Source of the DNA: Octopus bimaculoides
Lineage: Eukaryota
Assembly (NCBI RefSeq): GCF_001194135.2
Contig: NC_068984.1
Span: 32,531,397 to 32,595,396 of the forward strand
Length of the DNA stretch: 64,000 nt
Reading direction: 5' to 3'
The notes under the pieces are model-generated. The model was not told where the DNA came from, did not search any database, and saw only the letters and a program-made list of their open reading frames with translations. How positions within the stretch are numbered: position 1 is the first letter of the stretch; every line of letters starts with the position of its first letter. Positions 10,715 to 23,098 of the stretch are shown piece by piece. Made by a program: the position numbers and the translations under genes.

Positions 10715-12530
10715 TAAACTGAAATCATCACTTTTGTGAGATTCTCATTTCTCCATCACAAAGAGTTCTACACTCTGAATTACCAAATTCCATTCTGATG
10801 TCATTGATAAACACTCCCTTATTAATGAGAAGTATTTTCAATTCTTTCTCGGTTTTGTCATATACTTCCAGAAAATGGTTTCCTATCTTCTAGTCACTTC
10901 CTAGACTATAATCTAGCTTTTACTTTTTTTAATTTTGAGGAAAGTGTGATAAAAGTAATGGCAAACAGTAAACTGATAAGCTATCATTTTGGAACTTACA
11001 TCAATCCATTTTGACTTTTCCGAATGGATTTCCTCTGGCTGAAGATGTTTGCTATGTTTAGTCATGTCAGTTTGATGATGTTAGGTTGCAAATCTGAGCA
11101 TTTTAAGTATCTTGACAATCCCAAAATAGGAGACCATGTTAGTTCTTTTCGTTTTTGTTTTTTTTATGGGCGATCTGTCCCATTGCTAAACTGTTCTGTC
11201 TCATTTTTTAGTTAATTACTCTTCTTGTTAATTGGTACTTTGTTTCTCTTGAATTTCACCAGCATCATTTCTGTTAATTAGGAAGTAGGCTACATTCTTG
11301 TAAGTGTATATAGATCTTATTTGCAAGCTTACTTGTAGCATTTTCTACTTGTATTTCATAATATAAGTTAGCTTGCCTTTATCATCAAATTTGGGACACA
11401 TCCACTCCAAAGACATTCAATTGATAATGTAGCCAGTACTTTCATGGGTGTATCTATAAACTTCTAACCAAACCTTTGTAGTTTGTCTAACCCGAGTGCC
11501 TTCTGTTACGTACTTTGGAAATTCCTTTTGCAATGAGCTTTGGAGTGATAGATCTGTCAACCTGTTTCTTTACTATTCTTAATTCATTATCTATTACTAT
11601 CCACCATTTACCTTACTGAGGGTATCTTTCTTGCTTTATATATCACTTCAAAACTCTGAATCTCATGATTCATTGTTATGTCATTTTACTCCTTCCAGTT
11701 TTTCAAAGAATCCCTCCTGATTATTTTAAATCAACGTGTTTTGCTGAAACTTGTCTATTCTATTCTCATATCATTTTGTCTTAGCTGTCTTTTTGGTCAT
11801 TCTTTGCTTCAGTTCAATTACAATATTCATTCATATGACAAAGAAAATACGAAGCAAAGAAGAAGAGATTCTTCTTTGCTTCATATTTTCCTTCTAATAT
11901 TTAAATGACTCTTTCTTACTTTTCAAGGTGTTTGTCCATTCTTGACTTATCTGCCTTGCAGACAACTTATTTTGATACTACTCCTGTTACAGCATTACAT
12001 GTATTATTTACCACTAGGAGAGAAGTATGTAGCACATATCCTAATAATATTGTCAATTTCTTTCGTCTTTTTCTTTCTCTTCATTCCATTATATCCCACT
12101 TCTATGGTTAGCAAGCTTTTCTTATTATTTTGTTGAAGTTCATCTAATATTTTGATCATTAAATCTATTTCCTTGCCATCCTTACAATTCTGTCACATTC
12201 TCGACTTTATTTTCTCTCTACCCAAGTCAGTGCTTTCTTTCCTTTGATAATTTGCTATTTTCCCTTTCTCAAAACTTCATTCACTTATATTATCTTCATC
12301 ATCACTGCTGTCTCCCATTGGGTTTTATATTTCCTCTTTAGCTTTTCCTAATTCAGGGTATGATAGATAACCATAATATTTTATAGAGCATACCTGCCCT
12401 TCCAATTTCTGTTCTGTCCCTAGAAACATGCCTATCTCATTCCAAATCACTTTTCCTCTCTTATTCTGTTTACTCATAAAGAAACATTTCATTTCTAGCC
12501 CGTTCAGTTCCTTCATCTAGATGGTTTAAA
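10715..12530 (-). mobile_element. Highly degenerate R4/Dong-like LINE reverse transcriptase region
   Basis: Minus-strand remnants ISKVRN..KALGLDKLQ.FW, GCVP.LMIKG and RQNSLAMG...KK..NMVS...VKILKML resemble NWKAPGPD..FW and NLAMGWIDYKKAYDMVPH; boundaries approximate. Confidence 0.6.
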
Positions 12531-13222
12531 CCATTTTCTTTTTTCTTCCTAACTTAGAAGTTAGATATTTTCTTTTAACTAAACTAGAGGGTTTGGTCTT
12601 ACTTGTACTATTGGGATGCCAACTAATATAGACTAGCCTCTGCATCATCTGTCAGTGGCCCCAGCAGCTTCAGCTTTACAGCCTTCACTTCCAGTTTTGA
12701 GGTTATTTATAATATTATTTATTTCCATTCATGATGTTAGTATATTGAGGTAACACTAATGGATTTTATTGAAATACTACCTCTATGATGATCGCAAGCC
12801 AAAGCTGAAGAGGACCTTTATACCCATGTAAGAGATTTAACCCTACAAGAGGCCATCTCAGCATATTCAAGTCTCAAGGTAAATTTTAAGGAAGCACTAG
12901 CACTGATAGATCATCTATAATACGGTGCCACAACAGGCTAATAAGGCCCGTAAGAGGACTAGCATCACCAAAGGCCGGCTTAGTCATTTTTAATTCAGGC
13001 TAATTGCTATTATTATCCCTACCAGTAACAACAACAGCAACAATAACAAAGGTACTACTTGGATGGGCATGTTCTGCAAGCAGTCTAAATAGAAACTCAC
13101 TGAGGTTGCTTGGTGGGACTGCTGGTTTTGTCACCAAGTACTTGACACAGGATGATGTTCTCACTTCTTCTGCTGCCCTTGCTTCAGGGAAATTGAGGTT
13201 GCTATTTGCTATGAGTAGTGGC

Positions 13223-13369
13223 CAGTGCTGGAATTATCATTGTGCTTAGGTGTGCCTAAGCACAGGGCCCCATTGACCAGAGGCACTATAAGGGTCAACT
13301 GCATCCTGTCCAAGTAAGGGATCTTGACCTAACTGGCACAGGTCCTCATTTGTCCTAAATCCAGCACTG
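13223..13369. mobile_element. hAT (Tip100-like) MITE
   Basis: TIRs CAGTGCTGGA / TCCAGCACTG; 8-bp TSD gtagtggc / gtagtgac (7 of 8 match); internal 10-bp hairpin tgtgcttagg..cctaagcaca. Confidence 0.8.
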
Positions 13370-13602
13370 GTAGTGACAAAGGGTGTAAGAAGTAAAGACA
13401 CTATCATAATGTGTGAGGGGAGTGGTAAAAGATGGTGGGGGAGAATAGTGGTGGAGGATGATGGTGGAGAATGATGACTAAGAATAGCCCCATTCAGAGG
13501 AGCAGAATGTAATGGAGAAGTGAAGAATTTAATGAAAAATTAAAAAAAAATAATCTATATTTAAATAGAAAGATTATTGTTGTGATATAGCTTTTTGTAC
13601 AG

Positions 13603-13670
13603 AAGTTCATGAATACTTTTCCTTGTGTGGGACATAGTAGGCAAGTGAGAGAAGAAATTAATGATGACAG
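13603..13670 (+). pseudogene. Exon KFMNTFPCVGHSRQVREEINDD(R)
   Basis: ctttttgtacag| acceptor and CAG|gtgaga donor; phase 0 in and phase 2 out fit both neighbours exactly. Confidence 0.6.
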
Positions 13671-13800
13671 GTGAGAACACACAAGCACACACACACACAA
13701 GCATGCACACGCACACACACACACACACGCACATGCATGCATGCATACACACACAGAGACACAGACGCTCACACACACACACACACACATGTATACACAG

Positions 13801-14012
13801 ATATAAAATCATTTATGGGACTTCACTCTTTTACGATAGATTTTTAAAAACATTACCCCAGCTTGGCGTGGGACGTAACATCACAGTGAAAGAATTAATG
13901 CTGACAGGGGACAAGAAAAATTATTTCTGCTGTTATTGTTGATGTTGCTGCATCTGTTTTGAAGCATATGAACATTTCTCAAGATAACTTAGGGGAAATT
14001 CAATTATGACCA
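13801..14012 (+). pseudogene. CATSPERE-like exon YKIIYGTSLFYDRFLKTLPQLGVGRNITVKELMLTGDK / KIISAVIVD with a +1 frameshift
   Basis: tacacag| acceptor in phase 2; the match continues in a second frame if one A is removed from the A5 run at 13916-13920; TGA at 14007-14009. Confidence 0.5.
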
Positions 14013-14419
14013 AGTTTTTTTACTGGAAGATTTTTTTTTGTTTTTGAATTATTTTACAAACAGGACTTGTGAATGTGGAGACATCTGTTCCACTACCTAG
14101 ATTAGACAAAACAAATCTGCCATTTAGAAGTTTATTTTTATGAAAAATTTTCAACCATTTGGAATGTACTTAATATGGCTTCTCTGAAAATAACCAAAAG
14201 AAGAGGGAGTAACAGTGGATATGCTTTTTCAAAAGAAAACATTAAATAATTTTCAAGTATAAGAAAAGTATTTTGAAAAATAAAAAGTTTAAACTGAAGA
14301 AACAAACTCAACAAATCATAAATTCTTTCGAGCATAAGTCATAATTTGACACCTGAAAATGAAAATTTACTCCACATAAACAAAAGTATCACTACCACTA
14401 AAAGTGACAATTAGCATAG

Positions 14420-15015
14420 ATTTGTCCTCATTCATATGCATCACATGACCAAACCAGTTTAGTCTTCTCTCTTGCACACAACATCTGATGCCTCTTTTCC
14501 CAGTTTTCCTCTTAAATTGCTTACACTTTGTCGTGCATGCACACTGACATTACCCATCCAGCGGAGCATGTTCGCTTCATTTCTTTCAAGCCTTCACAAA
14601 TCCTCTTTAGCCAAAGCCCATGTTTCACTGCCATCTAACATAGGTGTATGTACACAGGCATCATACAATCTGTCTTTCATTCTGAGGGAGAGGCCTTAGT
14701 TACCAACAAAGGTAGAAGCCCTCTGAACTTTTTCCAGCCCATTCTTATTCCAGCAACAACAATTTCAGAACTTTCTCCACCACTGCTAACTTGGTCTCCT
14801 AGGTAACAAAAGATGTCTACTACTTCTGTGCATTTGTAGTGCTTATTGTACCTGCACATCTGCCACACACAAAGACTACTTTCTCTTCCTGTGATACCAC
14901 TACACCTCTTATGTGTCCATATAATGCACCATACAGAATTTCTGCCTATATACCCTTTCTACATATTGAGCAAGGCCATCTCCCATAAGGGATTTGTTAT
15001 CTGTCTGTTTTCCTA
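14420..15015 (-). mobile_element. RTE-like LINE fragment (PHD-like finger and post-RT region)
   Basis: EVVDIFCYLGDQVSSGG..SE.VVAGIRMGWKKFRGLLPLLVTK, with Cys-rich finger remnants upstream. Confidence 0.85.
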
Positions 15016-15919
15016 TTTAATTGGACTTTGGTTTTTTTGCTAAATTAACTCTAAAGGCCTTAGATTTCAGGCCTTGTTTCCACACCTGAAATTTCTTCTC
15101 TAGGTCAGGTAGTGGTTCAGCTACATCAACAAGGTTATCAGCATAGAGGAGCTCTCAGTGACATCCAGTCTTGAATTCCTTTTTTAAGGCCTGGAGGACT
15201 AAGATAAACAGGAGGGGCGGCTGAGAACTGAGCCTTCTTGACTGGTCCCCTTCTCCAAAATTTCGGGCCTTGTGCCTAGAGTAGAAAAGAAAAGAAATTC
15301 TCTTTGACACTATAACAAGACAGCCAATCAGCTGCCTTATAACTGTATGTCTGTGTAGAATGTGATGGAGATGAGCGTGTCTGTACATGTGAGGGTAAGT
15401 GAGTGTGTGCGTGTGTATGTGTGTGCATATGCACATACATGGGTATGTGTGTACATGGGTGTGTGCATGTAAACATGTATGTACATGTGTTCTATGTGCC
15501 TATATGTATATGTGTATATTTTTTATGCTTGTAATAAATATCTATCACCACAATAGGTTTAAATGTAAAATTTTCATGATGCAAACTTTTGTCGAAGTGA
15601 AGATAACAATTATATTTAAACACATTTTTAACTCTTGTTAAACTATCCCCAATCTGCTTTTCTTTGAACATTACTGACTTCCAAGAAAATTCTGTAAAAA
15701 GCTAATTTAGAATGCCAAATTAATGTTAATTAATGAGGTCTTTTAATGATAGTTCCTTTTATCTTGTAATTTTTTTTTTAAATATTAACATGCTTACTAA
15801 ATTGTTTTGATGTGAAAAAATGCAAGAACGTATATAATATGAAAATCAATAGGAAAAAGGATTGGATACTATATTTCAAGACAATTATCCTTGACTTTGT
15901 ATAGTAAAAGAAAAACTGA

Positions 15920-15964
<45 letters not shown>

Positions 15965-16419
15965 NNNNNNNNNNGTGTGTGTGTGTGTGTGTGTGTGTAT
16001 GTATTGTTAACTACGAGCAAGCATACTTAGATGCAGTGAGTCCAGAATAATTAGTGATCAATTATAATTACACACATAATGAAAAGAAAATAATTAGTGA
16101 TAAAGATAATTCTTGTCAAAAAAAGCAAGAGAGATAACTTATAAATCAAAATTAAATCCAAATTAATTAAAAATTAAATGAACTCGCATAACAAGGAGTG
16201 AGTTTATGTGTGTGTGTGTGTGTGTGTATACATATATAGTAGATAGACAATGTGCTTTTTGTGTCTATGAGGGTCTTTGACTTTTGTTTCTAGCAATGTA
16301 GGAGCTACCCTGCACCCTCAGTCACTATTAGTGACGATTTAAATTTTCCTTTTTGCTTTTGTATTGTGCCTAACCACCTTCATTAATTTATATATATATA
16401 AGTTCAAAAAAAGGAAAAA

Positions 16420-16505
16420 GACAATAAAAAACAACAAAAAACAACAACGTGTGGACGTGATACAGATTGTATTACTAGATGCTCAGGAAAGGAAAGAGAG
16501 AGAAT
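16420..16505 (+). repeat. Penelope-like terminal repeat fragment (aaaacaacaa..gtggacgtgatac..ggacgctcaggaaagg)
   Basis: Homologous to 40850-41030 (+), 48650-48770 (-) and 50010-50129 (+); the family assignment is inferred from the cgtttcg..ctcttc motif. Confidence 0.5.
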
Positions 16506-16512
16506 ATATATA

Positions 16513-16740
16513 CAGGGTTGGCCAAAAGTCACCTGACAGTAAATTAAGACCATTTAATTCCAAGAATTATTTATGTTAACAAGTGAATGAATTTAATGAA
16601 AGCATCTAGATACAAAACATCATGAAAATTGTTCAAACTAAAGTCCTTGAGTGGCATATTTTTATATTCAAGTCAATACAGAATTGCAGATAGTATTTAT
16701 TGAATTTTAATTTACTGTCGGGCAACTTTTGGCCAAACCC

Positions 16741-16742
<2 letters not shown>
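16513..16742. mobile_element. Tc1/mariner-type MITE
   Basis: About 35-bp TIRs CAGGGTTGGCCAAAAGTCACCTGACAGTAAATTAA / ttaatttactgtcgggcaacttttggccaaaccc; TA flanks. Confidence 0.85.
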
Positions 16743-16773
<31 letters not shown>

Positions 16774-17804
16774 ATCATTATAAATATACAGGGATTAGCA
16801 ATTGAGTTGCTTCTCCAACATACTGAAAATTTAGAAATAGCAGTCAAAGAACTACTGATTCCAAACTACAAATTTTTCTCTAAAGTGGATGGCGATATTT
16901 ATGGCACACATATTAATTCTATTATTAATTGATGATTCTCTGCCCTTATTCTTGTATATTTTATATTTGATATCTCTAAGTTAGATGGCTAAACCGTAAT
17001 CCCTTCCACACGGGACTTTTTTTCATACTGGACTATNNNNNNNNNNNNNNNNNNNNNNNNNNNNNNNNNNNNNNNNNNNNNNNNNNNNNNNNNNNNNNNN
17101 NNNNNNNNNNNNNNNNNNNNNNNNNNNNNNNNNNNNNNNNNNNNNNNNNNNNNNNNNNNNNNNNNNNNNNNNNNNNNNNNNNNNNNNNNNNNNNNNNNNN
17201 NNNNNNNNNNNNNNNNNNNNNNNNNNNNNNNNNNNNNNNNNNNNNNNNNNNNNNNNNNNNNNNNNNNNNNNNNNNNNNNNNNNNNNNNNNNNNNNNNNNN
17301 NNNNNNNNNNNNNNNNNNNNNNNNNNNNNNNNNNNNNNNNNNNNNNNNNNNNNNNNNNNNNNNNNNNNNNNNNNNNNNNNNNNNNNNNNNNNNNNNNNNN
17401 NNNNNNNNNNNNNNNNNNNNNNNNNNNNNNNNNNNNNNNNNNNNNNNNNNNNNNNNNNNNNNNNNNNNNNNNNNNNNNNNNNNNNNNNNNNNNNNNNNNN
17501 NNNNNNNNNNNNNNNNNNNNNNNNNNNNNNNNNNNNNNNNNNNNNNNNNNNNNNNNNNNNNNNNNNNNNNNNNNNNNNNNNNNNNNNNNNNNNNNNNNNN
17601 NNNNNNNNNNNNNNNNNNNNNNNNNNNNNNNNNNNNNNNNNNNNNNNNNNNNNNNNNNNNNNNNNNNNNNNNNNNNNNNNNNNNNNNNNNNNNNNNNNNN
17701 NNNNNNNNNNNNNNNNNNNNNNNNNNNNNNNNNNNNNNNNNNNNNNNNNNNNNNNNNNNNNNNNNNNNNNNNNNNNNNNNNNNNNNNNNNNNNNNNNNNN
17801 NNNN

Positions 17805-17840
<36 letters not shown>

Positions 17841-17842
<2 letters not shown>

Positions 17843-18172
17843 TGGTTTATCCCATAGATAATGGAATTTTTTTATACTACTTTAATTTTTCAAAATTAAG
17901 TTAAGCAAATTTTTTTTAATATAAAATACACTCTCCTTCATTTTCTACAATGCTCTTCCATCTATCTGGTAGACTTGCAAGGCCCCTCTTCCAAAATACA
18001 CTTGTCCATGATGAAAAATACTCCTCATGTACTGTTCTGAATCGTCTACAGAATTCATATTTTTTCCATTCAAATGATTTTGAAGACTGTGGAATAAATG
18101 ATAATCAAATGGGGCAACATCCGGCGAATATGGTAGGTGGGTAATAAGAACATAGGTTTGAAATTTCTCCAA
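17841..18172 (-). mobile_element. Mariner (DD34D) transposase 3' fragment with terminus
   Basis: HLPYSPDVAPFDYHLFHSLQNHLNGK motif; ends at (TA)n. Confidence 0.85.
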
Positions 18173-18270
18173 GACACCTGGTGAAGGCTGGAGGGTATAT
18201 CAGCCGAAACATTGTGTTAACAACAAACAAGATGAGGATAAATATCCGTCGAATGTAAATAATGTATTAC
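18173..18270 (+). repeat. Penelope-like terminal repeat fragment
   Basis: ctggtgaaggctggagggtatatcagccgaaacattgtg (ctgatgaag...ccgaaac-type motif). Confidence 0.45.
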
Positions 18271-19170
18271 ATAAAGAGCTAATATGATTTTTCAGCTGTA
18301 GACAAATATCTCCCAGTGAATATATAGACACCAGTGCAAACTATTACCAACCAAATTTCGGTTTTTATCAACTAAATTCACTCAGATTATCTTGTCTGGA
18401 TCAGCTGTGTATTACAATGCAAGATACTTGCAGAAAATTTGAGTGCAAGAACATTGCTTGCATAGCAATCTGCTTAACCACATAGTTATGCAACACACAG
18501 ATTCATCTGCTTACTATTGTTAATATATAATGCATGCATTTTATTAATGTTTATTTTAATGAACTGCAGCCATGCTAAAGCACTGATATCAAATGTTTTA
18601 ATTAATTATATTGAATCAACTACTTTTTCTGGTGCTGAGTGGAAGAAAACAGATTGACTGCATGTATAATAGCAAAACTGCACAAAGTATTCTTTTTTTT
18701 GATGATCAAATTTTATTCTCCCACGTCACACACACACACATGTGTATGCATGCACCAACATATTTATTTGCCAAGCTATATTATGATTTTCTTAGACTAA
18801 ATTTCATACGAATGTTGGTCAATACAAGGTTCTGGTAGAAAACTCTTGCTCTAGGTGTCTTATAGTGTGATTGATAGTAAAGCCACTTGATTACAAACCA
18901 ATCTTCTTAACTTCACATCCTTATATATATATAGTAATAATAATAGTAAAGGGTAAAATCATAAATGATTTTTACCAAGTGGTCAGTGCAGAAATAAAAC
19001 CTTGTAGGTAAATCAATAGAAATATTTTATAATTATACACATAATTATAACAAGGGCTTGGCTTGCGCCTCACCATGCACTGAAAAATAGATGTGATGTC
19101 TATTTTTCAGTGCGTGCTGAGACGCAAGCCAAGCCATTGTTATAATTATGTGTATAATTATAAAATATTT

Positions 19171-19291
<121 letters not shown>

Positions 19292-19295
19292 GCAT

Positions 19296-19395
19296 CGTCA
19301 TCATCATCCTCATCGTTTAATGTCTGCTTTCCATGGTGGCATGGGTTGGATGGTTTGACTGAGGACTGGCAAGCCAGAGAGCTGCACCAAACGAC
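19296..19395 (-). mobile_element. RTE-type 3' tail element ((CAT)n..cgtttaatgtc.gctttccatg.tggcatgggttgga)
   Basis: Homologous to 20755-20885 (+), 48860-48900 (+) and 49686-49940 (+). Confidence 0.7.
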
Positions 19396-20050
19396 ATAAC
19401 GTATACTGAATGTATAAATGAATGGGAGACAAACAGAAGGTTCGTAATTCTTCCTCAGTTATGGACCAATTGGTAATATTCAGTTTCACTCCTTTAACAA
19501 TAAGACTGAGTGCTTCCTAATCAGTAGTACAAAAAAAAAAAAGAATGGTTTTCTTTTGAACAATTAGCGACAAGAGCAAACAAAACAAAACAAGCAAAAT
19601 GAGACAGAGTGTGATTCAGGACAGTGGATGAGGATGAACAGTTGAACAAAATATGGCCTTGGGGTAAGGAGACAAGAATAGTGGGGAATGCTTAGAAAAT
19701 ATCTTGAAGGATGGAGAACAGAGGGACAGAGAATTTGCAACTGGTCAGCTACAGGACCAGTGTAAGGAGGGAAGAAAAATAGGAACTGGCCATTGGTCAT
19801 GTGACAGCAGCAGGCAGAGGAAAAATACAGCAGGGAGAGGGAGCGACAGAGAAAAAAGAAAAAGGATGAAGGGGAAGGAGAAAGGCTAGAAATTCAAGAC
19901 AGAAAGAGAGAAAAAGTGTAAGTAGAAAGGCTAGAATAGAAGTGAGAGAAAGAAAAGGGGAAAAAACATTTAGTACATGTTACATTGTTTGTTTATACAT
20001 TTTTCATTTATTAAATAATGGAATGCAACACACGCCAAATTAAATGTATA

Positions 20051-20750
20051 TATTATGCTGGCAACTAAGTTCCCGTCATTTTAAAAAATTTAAATGTTTT
20101 AAAAGGTTTAGTAAAAATAACAACTAATTAATCAATAATGTATTCACCCTTATTGTTTAACAAGATTTTCAATAACTTGTTGGTAGAAATCATCCGATTT
20201 CGACTTGAAAAATTGATCCAGCCAAGCTCTCAATTCTGCATCAGTATTGAACGAGACTCCACGCATAGTATTTGAAAGAGATCGAAAGAGGTGGAAATCC
20301 ATTGGTGCCAACACTGAACTCTATGTTCAACAGATGGAATGACTCAACATGGCTATTCAAGAGAAACGGCCTAATTGTCAGCATGGAGTTCTGCTGCATG
20401 ACAATGCCTGCCCTCATATTGCCAACATGACCAAGGAAGCCATTCAAACGCATAGCTAGGAAGTGCTGCCACAACCGCAATACTTTTCTGATTTGGCACC
20501 AATGGATTTCCACCTCTTTCGATCTCTTTCAAATGCTATGCACAGAGTTTCGTTCAATACTGATGCAGAATTGAGAGCTTGGTTGGGTCAATTTTTCAAG
20601 TCGAAATCGGGTGATTTCTACCAACGAGGTATTGAAAATCTTGTTAAATGTTGGGAAGAAGCTGTAAACAACAAGGGTGAATACATTATTGATTAATTAG
20701 TTGTTGTTTTTTATTAAACCTTTTAAAACATTTAAATTTTTAAAAATGGC
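20051..20750 (+). mobile_element. Mariner relic in which both ends are transposase 3' ends (long inverted repeat)
   Basis: 20312-20696 reads VLLHDNACPH...YFSDLAPMDFHLFRSL...GEYIID*; 20075-20311 is the reverse complement of 20493-20750. Confidence 0.9.
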
Positions 20751-20889
20751 AGAGGGCATCCAGCTGAAAAAAACCTGCCAAAAACACTCACAGAAATCTG
20801 GTGCAGGCTTCTGGTTGGCCGGCTCTTGTGAAACTGTTCTACCCATGCTAGTATGGAAGGCGGACATTAAATGATGATGATCATCATTA

Positions 20890-21053
20890 TATGGAGTGGC
20901 TGTGTGGTAAGTAGCTTGCTTACCAACCACATGGCTTCAGGATCAGTCCCATTGTGTGGAAGCTTGGACAAGTGTCTTCTACTATAGCCTTGGGCTGACC
21001 AAAGCCTTGTGAGTGGATTTGGTGGACAGAAACTGAAAGAAGCCCATCGTATG

Positions 21054-21085
<32 letters not shown>

Positions 21086-21445
21086 NNNNNNNNNNNNNNN
21101 NNNNNNNNNNNNNNNNNNNNNNNNNNNNNNNNNNNNNNGGTGTTCCAGCATGGCTACAGTCAAATGTCTGAAACAAATAAAAGACTAAAAGAAATGTGTG
21201 TGTGTGTGTGTATATATGTGCGTGCATATGTGTTTGTGTGTCTATGTTTGTGCCCCCACCATCGCTTAACAACTGATGCTGGTGTGTTTATGCCCCTGTT
21301 ATTTAGCGGTCTGGCAAAAGAGACTGATAGAATAAGTACTAGGCTTACAAAGAATAAGTCCTGGGGTTGATTTGTTCGACTAAAGGCGGTGTTCCAGCAT
21401 GGCTACAGTCAAATGTCTGAAACAAATAAAAGACTAAAAGAAATG
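20890..21445 (+). mobile_element. SINE family B, near full length with internal microsatellite and gap
   Basis: ggagtggctgtgtggtaagtagcttgc head; 3' part ..aactgatgctggtgtgtt..gatagaataagtactaggc..cagcatggc..gaaacaaataaaaga. Confidence 0.85.
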
Positions 21446-21459
21446 TGTGTGTGTGTGTG

Positions 21460-21556
<97 letters not shown>

Positions 21557-22704
21557 GTATATCTATGAATATATAAATTTTGTGTGTGTATAAAATGAGA
21601 TAGATTTTGTTTCCATTCGTGTATCTGTAAATAATAGAAATATAAGTTGTTAGATTTCACTTACTCCTTGACAAGAATTCAAATATATAGGAAATTGATT
21701 TTGTTGTGTTGTTGTATAGTCTTAGTAAATTCCCTTTGAAATATGATTTCCAAAGATGATCTCAGTGTCCATTGCAATGTTTCAATTAATATCTTCGAAT
21801 TGCTTGTCAAAGTTGTTGTTGTTATTGGATAAACTTGCTTTATAAGAACATCTTTGATGCATTACTCCTTACATTCAAATATCATCGAGGTTGGTTTTGC
21901 CTTTCATCGCAGCAAGGATAAGAAAAAATTCATTACTTTTATTATTGGGGCTGGTGTCTGAATTGTTGTCAAGAGAGCTATGAGATGACAGAGGCCAGTT
22001 TAAATGCCTTTGCAGAATTGTTAGCACTTCAGCATCAGACAAATGCTTTGTAGTATCTAATAATGGCCCTTACGTTCTGAGTTCAAATCCCACCAATACT
22101 TCTAATAATTGTGTTCTTCTGTATAAAATTTGTAGCCTTGTGCCTATGTAATAAATCATTATTTATTCCTGTTTCCCTCCATTCTTAGCTCAAATTTATC
22201 TGAGATCATTTATTCCATTATTCACAGCATCTCAATGAGATGCCTCTCAGTAATATACTTATCAATTCTAATCATTAAAAATTATCTTTATTTCTGTATT
22301 ACAAGTGCAGACATAAGATGCTCAGTTTGTAATCTAACTATGAGGTTTGGGGTTCCATCCCACTGCATGGCATCTTGGGCAAATGACTTTTTCATTAGCC
22401 CTGATTGTGAGTGTATCTGGTGGATGGAAATTGTGTGAAAGCCCATCTGCGTACACACACACACACACACACACACATACACAAACAGACAGACACACAC
22501 ACACACTCAAACACACATGCAATAGAATTAGTAATAGGAAGTCCTTGGTGCAAGGACTCTATGTGTGTTAACCCCTTCCCCAGCTAACAGCCAGTGTTGG
22601 TTTGTTTACATTCCTGTAATTCAACCATGGAGACTTGCATGGATGCAAATATACTTTGCAAAGGAAGACAGAATTTGCATCTAGGCATATTTCTACACAG
22701 CAAA

Positions 22705-22768
<64 letters not shown>

Positions 22769-23001
22769 ATGTGTGTGTGCATGTGTATGTGACATAAAGG
22801 TAACACTGATGGGATGGAAATGCAAAAACTGGAAAGAAATGAGGTGAATATGCTCCACATGTTGGTGTCAATGAAGGATGAAGCAGAAATTAGCTGAGAT
22901 AAAAACTGACTGATAGATGTTTTGGCTGTTGTGTACATGAAACACTGCACTGGTACAGGCATGTGATGCAAGCAGTGATGATGATGGTGGTGGTGATGAC
23001 A

Positions 23002-23098
23002 ACAACAAGGATGAAGAAGAAGAAGAAGAAGAAGAAGAAGAAGAAGAAGAAGAAGAAGAAGAAGAAGAAGAAGAAGAAGAAAAAGAAGAAGAAGAAGA
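23002..23098. repeat. (GAA)n microsatellite
   Basis: Direct. Confidence 0.95.

Noticed and set aside
14064-14210. Alternative exon readings GLVNVETSVPLP.. and EVYFYEKFSTIW..
   Set aside because: Two incompatible frames, weak donors, no decisive match
18296-18485. Acceptor followed by an open frame CRQISPSEYIDTSANYY..
   Set aside because: No good donor and no similarity to anything recognised
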